Source of the DNA: Epithemia pelagica
Lineage: Eukaryota > Protista > Bacillariophyta
DNA length: 64,000 nucleotides
Direction of reading: 5' to 3'
Assembly (NCBI GenBank): GCA_946965045.2
Contig: OX337236.1
Location: forward strand, 1,488,001-1,552,000
The notes beneath the pieces are model-generated. The model was not told the DNA's origin and searched no databases. It saw only the letters and a list, made by a program, of their open reading frames with translations. How positions within the stretch are numbered: position 1 is the stretch's first letter; every line of letters starts with the position of its first letter. A program made the position numbers and the translations under genes. Below are positions 30,042-38,348 of the stretch, piece after piece.

Positions 30042-33000
30042 GGCTGTGTGCCCAGTGATGAAATTGATAAAACGAATCTTATCCGTCCACATTTCTCACT
30101 TGTAGGCACCCCTACCTTCAGCTTAGCCTTTGCACACCGTTTATGTGCTGCCGTATCACAGTCCCATACCACTGATCCGATTGATCTGACATGTGAAATG
30201 GACTCGCATGCTGACACTTGTTGTGTTGGTCGCAACTTTGTGAAATTCAGGGAACCTGACCGTTACATCACTGTTTCCCCGTTCTCAGAGGAATATAAAC
30301 CCCTCGAGCGTATCCCCGTCACCACGACCGCCACTGTCTGGACTGATGCCCACAACAATAGTTATCTATTGCTGTTTCACGAGTCGTTATTCTTCGGGGA
30401 CCGATTGTCCCAATCATTGATTTGTCCCAATCAACTGCGTTCAAACGGTCTCATTGTCCATGATGTGCCGCGTCAGTTTGACCCTTACAGCACACACAGC
30501 ATTCGTATTCCCGATGCTGACCTGACCATTCCTCTAGAAATGTCCGGTGTCATCTCTGGCTTCGCGACCACGAAGCCAACCCCGGAGGAGCTCGAGTCGC
30601 TCCCACGGATAGTCATGACTGCTGATTCGGTGTGGCACCCTCATTCGTCCACCTTTGCTGCCGCGGAGGAGAAAGCCAATGCATCCAATGCATCTGCTGT
30701 CCGCCAAGTTGATCCGAATTCGATTGCCGCATCCTGCGTCCCGCGATTGGTTGCTGCCGTCCGATCATACGACGAAACCTATGGCTATTGCATGGAACTT
30801 GAGAATGACGAGGATGAACTATGCAACCGCTTAGTTGCTGCCGTTCGAGTGTCCCATCCACCGAGTGCCGAAGACACTGTGGACATTGAGGACCTTGATC
30901 CCGACGAATACTTTCTCAAAGCCGTTAAGTCTGCTTCGTCACGACCAACGAAAGCCGTAAAAGTCTTGCCATCTTCTTCTAAGACTGTACTTGATCCCCA
31001 GACCTTGTCTTCTCGATGGAATGTCGGCCTTACTAAGGCCAAGAAGACTTTACAAGTGACAACCCAGGCTGGGGTCCGAAATGTCCTTGTCCCATCCGAA
31101 CGCAAGGTCCGAAAGAAAGCTCCATGGCTCAAATTCCCGAATGTCAAGGGACGATGGTTTTGCGACGAGATGTTCTCCAAGTGCCCATCGCTTGATCTTC
31201 ACACGGGTGCTTCCGTATTTACTGATGGAAAGGGCTATGATTTTGTCTATCCCTGGAAATCAAAGAAGCAACACCCTGAAGGTCTGATGTCCCTTATCCA
31301 GAATGTCGGAATTCCTCAGACGTTAATTTCTGATGGTGCGCAAGAGCTATTTCATGGACGTTCTCGTGAGATCTGTAATGAGTACCGTATCAAACAAGAA
31401 GTGACCGTCCCTTACAGTCAATGGCAGAATGCCGCCGAAGCGAGCATCCGTGAGTTGAAGAAAGGTGTTATTAGGAAGTTACGTCAAACTGGTGCACCAC
31501 GACGCACATGGTCCTATGCGCTGAAGTGGGTTGCCTCTGTCCGCCAGTTAACTGCCTCTGATATCCCTGAACTTAATGGACGAACGCCATTTGAACACGT
31601 TCTTGGATCGACACCCGACATCTCTCCCATGGCTTTGTTTGATTTCTATCAACCTGTATACTATTATACGCCGTCGCATGACTTCCCTCATGAGCGTAAA
31701 TGTATTGGGCGCTGGCTTGGTCTTGCCGATGACTGTATTGATGACATGGCCTTCAACGTCTTGACAGAGAAAGGTCGAGTTATTGTCCGAAAAGATGTGT
31801 GGGCAATCCCTGACGACGATATGAAAAATCCCACAATCCGTCAACAACTGGAAGTCTATGATGGTCTTATCAAGACTCTCCTTGTGGATACATCGCCGTC
31901 TTCCGATGAAGATGCCGCCAACGTTTCCCCAGATCCACCCGATGATTTCTTTGGAGAAGACGAAAGCGAATCTCTCTTTCCTGCTGCTCTTGACTCCGAT
32001 ACACCTCTCCCTGATGCTGACGACTACACTCCGGAGGAGTTAGACGAATATCTCACAGCCGAAGTCATGCTGCCGCATGGCGGGGACCAGGCCAGAGCCA
32101 AGATCATAGGCCGCTCCAAAGATGAACATGGCCGACCAATTGGCAAACGTGATCCAAATCCAATCTTAGACACACGTTTCTATGACGTGCTGTATCCCGA
32201 TGGATCGACCGAATCTCTTGCTGCCAATCTCATTGCCGAGAACCTTTACTCTCAAGTCGACACTGAGGGCAACTCCTATGCCATTGTAAAGGATATCATT
32301 GGACATCGCAAAACCAAGGACGCTGTCCTCCGAACGGATCCGGACTGGTTGAATGGCCGTAAACGCCATACAACCGTTGGTTGGGAACATGAGTGTGAAC
32401 TCTCCGATGGTTCTACTGTTTGGATCCCTCTCAAAGATCTCAAAAACGATTCGCCTGTACAACTAGCCGAATATGCTGTTGCGGCGGGGCTTGCCAAAGA
32501 ACCGGCCTATGCCTGGTGGGTTCCACATACGTTACGCAAACGTGGTGTGATTCTTGCGAAAGTAAAATCTCGCTATTGGAAACGTACCCACAAATATGGC
32601 ATTGAACTGCCCAAAACCGTTCAAGAAGCTCTTGAGATTGATCGTCGAACGGGGACTGATTTCTGGCGGAAAGCCATCGAAAAGGAGATGAAAAATGTTC
32701 GCATTGCCTTTGAATTCCGTGATGATGACAAAGTACCAATTGGATACAAACATATCCCATGTCATATGGTCTTTGATGTCAAGTCTGATCTTCGCCGTAA
32801 AGCCCGACTGGTTGCCGGCGGGCATAAGACTGATCCACCGAAGGAATCCACGTACTCCAGTGTTGTATCCCGTGATAGCGTACGAATTGCATTCACTATC
32901 GCTGCCCTTAATGGCCTGGACGTGTTGGCCGGGGACGTACAAAATGCATACCTCAATGCACCAACAAAAGAGCGAACTTATATTACGGCGGGACTAGAAT

Positions 33001-34298
33001 TTGGTCCCGAAAACGTTGGCCGACCTGCACTGATTGTTCGTGCTCTGTATGGTTTGAAGAGTTCTGCTGCTCGTTGGCGTGATCACATTGCCGCAACACT
33101 TCGTGAAATGAAGTTCAAAAGTTGCTTGGCTGACCCTGATGTCTGGCTTCGACCTCAAGTCCGACCATCTGATGGGTTCCAATACTATGAGTATGTACTT
33201 GTCTACATAGACGACATACTCTGTGTCAGTCATGATCCGCGATCGATCATGAATGATCTGGAAAAACGGTATACAATCAAACCCGAGAGTATTAAAGACC
33301 CAGACGAATACTTGGGATCTGAGATTCGACACTATACCATACCAGATACTGACGATCCTGAGAACAAACCCCGATGGGCCATGTCCTCCGACAAATATGT
33401 TAAACGTGCCATATCTGAAATTGAGACCGAACTGTCTAAAGTTGGCCAAAAGCTACAGACACGAGTCTCAACTCCGCTTGCCACTGGGTATCGTCCTGAG
33501 ATCGACTCATCTCCTGAACTGGACCCCCGACGTGCAAATTACTATCAGGGACTAATTGGTATCCTTCGTTGGGTTGTGGAACTTGGTCGTATCGATATCA
33601 TTGTTGCCGTATCACAACTGTCCCGATATCTAGCCATGCCACGTGAAGGACACCTCGAACAAACCTTGCACATTTTTGCATACCTAAAAGCGCATGGACG
33701 TTCCACCCTAGTGTTCGACGACACAACTCCGACCTTCGACGAGGATCGTTTCTTCCAGGCAGACTGGTCTGAATACTACCCTGATGCTAGTGACCCTTTG
33801 CCGCCCAATATGCCACCACCTCGTGGACGGGCTGTTACCACAACTTGTTTTGTTGATGCCGATCACGCTGGTTGTCTTGCTACGCGTCGCTCACAAACTG
33901 GTATTCTTATGTTCTTACAACGAGCACCTATCTTGTGGTATTCCAAACGACAGAGTACTGTTGAGACATCAACATTTGGCTCCGAATTTGTCGCAATGAA
34001 GACTGCCATCGAACAGATAGAGGGTTTCCGTTACAAGTTGAGAATGATGGGCATTCCACTTGATGGCGAAACCAATGTGTTCTGTGATAATGAATCTGTG
34101 TTCAAGAGTGCAACCATGCCTGAAGTCACTCTGAAGAAGAAACACAATGCGATTGCTTACCATCGCACACGTGAGGCACAAGCCGCCAACATCGTGCGTA
34201 TCGCCTGGGAAGAAGGTGAAACCAATCTTGCGGACCTGCTGACAAAATCGTTACCAGGACCCCGATTGCGTTTTCTAGCACAACGTGTTTTGTGGTGA
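30042..34298 (+). CDS. pol: Copia Pol: protease, DDE integrase, reverse transcriptase, RNase H
   Basis: PR: MDSHADTCC. IN: WFCD, LISDGAQE, QNAAEASIRELK. RT: KARLVAGG, DVQNAYL, LYGLKSS, YIDDIL. RH: FVDADHAG, STFGSE, CDNESV, NLADLLTK. No internal stops. Confidence 0.96.
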   Translation, partial: GCVPSDEIDKTNLIRPHFSLVGTPTFSLAFAHRLCAAVSQSHTTDPIDLTCEMDSHADTCCVGRNFVKFREPDRYITVSPFSEEYKPLERIPVTTTATVWTDAHNNSYLLLFHESLFFGDRLSQSLICPNQLRSNGLIVHDVPRQFDPYSTHSIRIPDADLTIPLEMSGVISGFATTKPTPEELESLPRIVMTADSVWHPHSSTFAAAEEKANASNASAVRQVDPNSIAASCVPRLVAAVRSYDETYGYCMELENDEDELCNRLVAAVRVSHPPSAEDTVDIEDLDPDEYFLKAVKSASSRPTKAVKVLPSSSKTVLDPQTLSSRWNVGLTKAKKTLQVTTQAGVRNVLVPSERKVRKKAPWLKFPNVKGRWFCDEMFSKCPSLDLHTGASVFTDGKGYDFVYPWKSKKQHPEGLMSLIQNVGIPQTLISDGAQELFHGRSREICNEYRIKQEVTVPYSQWQNAAEASIRELKKGVIRKLRQTGAPRRTWSYALKWVASVRQLTASDIPELNGRTPFEHVLGSTPDISPMALFDFYQPVYYYTPSHDFPHERKCIGRWLGLADDCIDDMAFNVLTEKGRVIVRKDVWAIPDDDMKNPTIRQQLEVYDGLIKTLLVDTSPSSDEDAANVSPDPPDDFFGEDESESLFPAALDSDTPLPDADDYTPEELDEYLTAEVMLPHGGDQARAKIIGRSKDEHGRPIGKRDPNPILDTRFYDVLYPDGSTESLAANLIAENLYSQVDTEGNSYAIVKDIIGHRKTKDAVLRTDPDWLNGRKRHTTVGWEHECELSDGSTVWIPLKDLKNDSPVQLAEYAVAAGLAKEPAYAWWVPHTLRKRGVILAKVKSRYWKRTHKYGIELPKTVQEALEIDRRTGTDFWRKAIEKEMKNVRIAFEFRDDDKVPIGYKHIPCHMVFDVKSDLRRKARLVAGGHKTDPPKESTYSSVVSRDSVRIAFTIAALNGLDVLAGDVQNAYLNAPTKERTYITAGLEFGPENVGRPALIVRALYGLKSSAARWRDHIAATLREMKFKSCLADPDVWLRPQVRPSDGFQYYEYVLVYIDDILCVSHDPRSIMNDLEKRYTIKPESIKDPDEYLGSEIRHYTIPDTDDPENKPRWAMSSDKYVKRAISEIETELSKVGQKLQTRVSTPLATGYRPEIDSSPELDPRRANYYQGLIGILRWVVELGRIDIIVAVSQLSRYLAMPREGHLEQTLHIFAYLKAHGRSTLVFDDTTPTFDEDRFFQADWSEYYPDASDPLPPNMPPPRGRAVTTTCFVDADHAGCLATRRSQTGILMFLQRAPILWYSKRQSTVETSTFGSEFVAMKTAIEQIEGFRYKLRMMGIPLDGETNVFCDNESVFKSATMPEVTLKKKHNAIAYHRTREAQAANIVRIAWEEGETNLADLLTKSLPGPRLRFLAQRVLW

Positions 34299-34577
34299 TT
34301 ACATGATCGAATTCATTGTCCTCACACCCCTCTTTTATTGTCCGAATGGACACCCCTCTTAATTGAGAAAAAATAGTCCTGATGGACCGGCCTCTGCTGA
34401 AACAAGTCGTGGGCGACCTAATCGAAATGCTTCCGATCTAGCTCGCGGGGACTGAATAAATCCCGCCAACAGGTCGCATATTGGCGGATACATGGTCGCA
34501 TATTGGCGAATATGCATCGCCTACATATGCTGCTACGCATCTAGTTTTCTAGTCATAATTTTGGTCTAGCCACTTGT

Positions 34578-34626
34578 TGCACGCCGTATACACCGTGTTG
34601 TAGCGTGTAGTGGCAGGATTTATACA
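34578..34626. repeat. Right 49-bp terminal inverted repeat of the copia element
   Basis: TGCACGCCGTATACACCGTGTTGTAGCGTGTAGTGGCAGGATTTATACA is the reverse complement of 27655-27703. Confidence 0.97.
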
Positions 34627-34781
34627 TGAGTACGGCAGCGTTAAAATAGACTAGGACTTTTTTTTTTTTTTCGCGTTCAACGGTTCTTCGCTTTCCCTGT
34701 TGTGGAATCGCCATCGACTTCCTTGCACTCAGGTTGTCATGTTGTTGCTGGTCGAAATTGACCAGACGTTCGTGGACGCGT

Positions 34782-36266
34782 ATGGAGATATTTGCGATGG
34801 CGTTGATAAGGCTGGCGTTGGTCGCTGGTGTTTTTTTCAAATGGAATATGTTATTGTTGTCGGAAGCAAAGAGTCCATCTTTCCTTGGTAGGCGTTCGAG
34901 AACTCCAGAGGCGTCGTCTACGCTCCTTGAAATGCACCGTTACTATTTGGAACATCCGCCCCATGATCGATCCCTATATGATGTGCTTCATGTGTCCCCA
35001 AACGCCACTTCTGCTGAGATCTCGAAGGCCTACCGACGGTTGTCTCGAAAATACCATCCCGACAAGCAACGCCCTTCAAGTAGGGAAATCAACCAAGCTG
35101 ACAGGACCAGTGAAAATGATTCCCATGAGTTGAATAATGGTGAATCTTGTCGAAACGATGATTCTAATGAACTCCTACAGCAAATGAGAGAAGCCTATGA
35201 TATTCTGAAAGACGACAAGACACGATTGCCGTACCATCAATACGGTTTGGTCGATTCCGCACAGGCACTAGTTCTATTGACAGGGCAGAAGATTTCACCC
35301 TATGGTGACAAAGACCCAGCTATGCTGAATTTGTTTCAGTTAATTGGTCTGTCTCCTTCTGATCACACCAATATATTCGCCACGAATTATCCACAGTCAG
35401 CTCAAGATCGTCGTGAAGAACGAATTCGCGTCGTTGCAGCTGATTTGGTCGAGAAGCTACGTCCATATGTGGAGGGATCAATCTCCATGGAAACACTAAT
35501 CGAGTTGGTCATCTCGGAATACGATGAGCTAAAGCGCTTACCAATGGGGGCTCAGATCTTACGTTGTGTTGGACGTGCCTACCGTGCAGTGGGACAACTA
35601 GTGTTGCATGAAACAGAGAAAAACAGGTCAAAAATTATCCAACATAAAGCAAAAGAGAAGTGGCGCAGAGCAAAACATTACTTGCATGCTGCGGTCCTGA
35701 GTGGACGCGTCGTTCTCTCTGAGAAACAATCAATCAAAGCACCAAAATCACAAGTACTTGGAATCGAACCTACGGAAGTAATGTCCTATGACACACCCTT
35801 TCAGGTCGATGAAATCGAAGGGGAACTGCTGGAAGGTCCGAGTGATGAAGACATTGGACAAAAAGAGTTTGAGAAAGCAAGTCTTGCACGTCTGCATTCC
35901 TTACAACTTGAAGCTCTTTGGAAAATTAGCAAGATTGACTTGGACAAGACGGTCCGAACGGCTTGTTCGCGAATACTACAAAAAGAACAAAGCTACTTCT
36001 TTCCTACTGCACCTCTTTATTCATGTGATTTTGTGCCACCACCTCCACCGCGGGGATTGGCCGCGCCAGTGGCTGACGGCTGGGTAGGAATTCCTCCCCC
36101 TCCTCCCCCGCGGCGGACTCAGAGAGTGAGAGTCACATCATCCTTGGAGAAACCTGTCCAAGCAATTGATGCGCAACAAGCTCGATTCCGAGCTGCTGAA
36201 GCATTAGCCATTCTTGGTGATATCATGGTCCAGCGATCGAAAGAGGATACAGCATGGATGGAGTAA
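34782..36266 (+). CDS. DnaJ/Hsp40 J-domain protein with DnaJ-X-like domain
   Basis: LYDVLHVSPNATSAEISKAYRRLSRKYHPDK (HPD motif); X-domain-like ADLVEKLRPYV...GAQILRCVGRAY; hydrophobic N-terminus. First ATG at 34782. Confidence 0.88.
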   Translation: MEIFAMALIRLALVAGVFFKWNMLLLSEAKSPSFLGRRSRTPEASSTLLEMHRYYLEHPPHDRSLYDVLHVSPNATSAEISKAYRRLSRKYHPDKQRPSSREINQADRTSENDSHELNNGESCRNDDSNELLQQMREAYDILKDDKTRLPYHQYGLVDSAQALVLLTGQKISPYGDKDPAMLNLFQLIGLSPSDHTNIFATNYPQSAQDRREERIRVVAADLVEKLRPYVEGSISMETLIELVISEYDELKRLPMGAQILRCVGRAYRAVGQLVLHETEKNRSKIIQHKAKEKWRRAKHYLHAAVLSGRVVLSEKQSIKAPKSQVLGIEPTEVMSYDTPFQVDEIEGELLEGPSDEDIGQKEFEKASLARLHSLQLEALWKISKIDLDKTVRTACSRILQKEQSYFFPTAPLYSCDFVPPPPPRGLAAPVADGWVGIPPPPPPRRTQRVRVTSSLEKPVQAIDAQQARFRAAEALAILGDIMVQRSKEDTAWME

Positions 36267-36504
36267 TAATACTCCTTTCCAAACGTGTCAAGACTGGCTG
36301 CTGCACTCATTCCCAGAACTTCCTTGACCACGACTTGGTTACACAAAGACGGTAGGTCCCGTTACAGACCATCCTGCAATTAGGTACAGATGTTCAAAAG
36401 GCTTCAAACACGACAGAGAACTTCCTATGTTCCACATGTCAACATGTCCACATTTCAAAACCTCTGCAACTATATAAGACATCTTTGAGACCTTCGAAAC
36501 TGCC

Positions 36505-37053
36505 ATGGCCAAGATATTGTTCCAAGACGGATCTATTGGCCACTATGCACCAAACGTAAACATTCCGGAAAGAAACTTTGTTCATTCTAACGGGCACCAT
36601 GAAGAAGTACCGTCTGTTTCACATGCATGGCTTGTCAATCGTATCACGACTCATTTGGACCGATCCGTGGCATTGATAATGTCCAATACTGACGAAGTTC
36701 AAACAAAGCAACAATGTCTAATTAACTTACTGATCGATGTGCTTCGTTTACAGCCCGATGAAACTATCATTGATGTCATCATTGGTTGTTTGGGCAAGTA
36801 TGGCATCACAGCATACCGGTATATCCCAAAATGTCACAGAGATGTTGTAAATCATAGGGAAGCATATCGAAGACTCAGGTACTACAGACAGAGGCATGGA
36901 ATGGACCATGAGCGTTGTTTGGTACGACTGGGTCCAATTATCCTAGAGCTTCTGAACACGGGTGGCTATTCGGAGCTTCTTCGTGGTGCGCGGGATCTTT
37001 GCCGCCTCAAGCACAGTGACATGAATTTGCCTTCTGTTCACACAACTGGTTGA
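36505..37053 (+). CDS. Hypothetical protein (182 aa)
   Basis: ATG-started ORF with globular-looking composition; no motif recognised. Confidence 0.45.
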   Translation: MAKILFQDGSIGHYAPNVNIPERNFVHSNGHHEEVPSVSHAWLVNRITTHLDRSVALIMSNTDEVQTKQQCLINLLIDVLRLQPDETIIDVIIGCLGKYGITAYRYIPKCHRDVVNHREAYRRLRYYRQRHGMDHERCLVRLGPIILELLNTGGYSELLRGARDLCRLKHSDMNLPSVHTTG

Positions 37054-37607
37054 TTGATGCCGTACCTCTAGGTCTACGCCTATTTCAAATGCTGGGTATC
37101 TCGTTCTTCGTTGAGTTATCTTATCGCAGTACAAATATGATGATTCCAATTTCACGATCAGTCTGTAAACTATTAAACCTCTGCTATGCATTCTCGTTTT
37201 AATTGTCTGGTGGTTTTGATTATGGAATATGTCCCAGCAGGCTCATGACACGTCCTTTGCACAGAGAGTGCTTTACTTTCGACCAACTCGCCGTTCAAAT
37301 CAAAAGAAAAGCTAGCATTATACATTAACTGATCAACAGGTTGTTATCCTTATACTGCGTTGCTTTCACGGCCCACTCACTAAATGGAAGCTCTTTGATG
37401 TCTTGTTTTCGCCACGTCTTCTGTGTAGGCCTTTCCTCCTCCGTATAAGCAAGTGATTTTCTTATAGTGTCGATTTTATAGATCTTTGACTTAGACCAAT
37501 GTGTCATTCGGTTCCTCAGAAAGAACGCATGAAAAGCTTTGTTTTCGAGAGTTGTCTCCAATGCTTCCAGTGTCGTTTTTCTTCCTCCCAACACTGTTAT
37601 CCATAAT

Positions 37608-38348
37608 CTAATCTTCGGGTTCAGGTTTGACGTCAATAGCTCTCCAACGTCCTTGACCATCGAGTTCTGTCGTGAATGTTACCTTTTCTCCCGGTGTGAG
37701 TTTACGGAAACCTTCCTTCAAAATAGCCGATTGGTGAACAAAAAAGCCTTCATCTCTTTGTTTGTCATGTTCTCCTGTAACAATAAATCCGAAACCGCGA
37801 CGGGTGTTATACCAGCGACAAGTACCCTCTAGCTGTGCTCCTTCTTTGATCTGCTCTACCGGCGGCACAGCAACTTCTTTGGCTTCCACGACAGCTGTCT
37901 CTTCGATCTTTGCGATCGTTTCTTCTTTCTCTTCTTCTTCTTTGACTGCTTCGGTGGGTGTTGGCGGTTGAGGATCATGGGCCAGAAGCTCTTCTTTTTG
38001 CTCCTCTAGATTTTCTACAACATTGTCGGTATCGACGACGGGTGTCTCAACGGGAGGCTCCTCGACTGGAGGTGCCTCAATGGTAGCTGCAGTGGCAGCT
38101 ACAGAATCGGACGGATCCTCGGTCGGTGCCAATGCTTCTTCTTGTGCTTTCGGTTCCTCTTTCTTGGGAGGATCTTCGTTGAAGGTTGGGAATTTGAACC
38201 AGTCACCAAACACCATGGGACGGACCGTCAACGACTCTCGCGACAAGTGCTGCCGGGAGCCTTGTACCGGAAGATGGGGCACCCATGCTGAGATAGAAGC
38301 GGGTGCACACAGCGTAAGCAAGGACAAAACAAGGAAAGATCTCGTCAT
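37608..38348 (-). CDS. Cold-shock domain protein, probably plastid-targeted
   Basis: GTCRWYNTRRGFGFI (RNP1) and FFVHQSAI (RNP2), then LTPGEKVTF; signal peptide ends ISA-W. Confidence 0.92.
   Translation of the reverse strand: MTRSFLVLSLLTLCAPASISAWVPHLPVQGSRQHLSRESLTVRPMVFGDWFKFPTFNEDPPKKEEPKAQEEALAPTEDPSDSVAATAATIEAPPVEEPPVETPVVDTDNVVENLEEQKEELLAHDPQPPTPTEAVKEEEEKEETIAKIEETAVVEAKEVAVPPVEQIKEGAQLEGTCRWYNTRRGFGFIVTGEHDKQRDEGFFVHQSAILKEGFRKLTPGEKVTFTTELDGQGRWRAIDVKPEPED

Larger units (their letters stand above)
27655..34626 (+). mobile_element. Ty1/copia (CoDi-like) retroelement bounded by 49-bp terminal inverted repeats instead of LTRs
   Basis: 27655-27703 is the exact reverse complement of 34578-34626; termini TG...CA; TGAG on both flanks (27651-27654, 34627-34630); copia domain order PR-IN-RT-RH. 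Confidence 0.9.
19950..34671 (+). mobile_element. Full-length non-LTR retrotransposon (APE-RT-RNase H, Ambal-like); ~7.75 kb without the nested insert
   Basis: Identical 17-bp TSD CGCGTTCAACGGTTCTT at 19933-19949 and 34672-34688; two intact ORFs; ends in T14 (34658-34671). Confidence 0.92.

Noticed and set aside
27655-34626. Classification as DIRS, Ginger or Polinton because of the inverted repeats
   Set aside because: No tyrosine recombinase or DNA polymerase B; RT and RNase H are present in copia order after a DDE integrase.
34658-34671. Poly(A) tail of a separate minus-strand retroelement or retrogene
   Set aside because: The sequence to the right is the TSD and the DnaJ 5' region, with no minus-strand retro ORF; the run lies inside the LINE's TSD pair.
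37325-37660. 111-aa minus-strand ORF overlapping the end of the cold-shock gene
   Set aside because: Overlaps the neighbouring CDS and has no motif; insufficient support.
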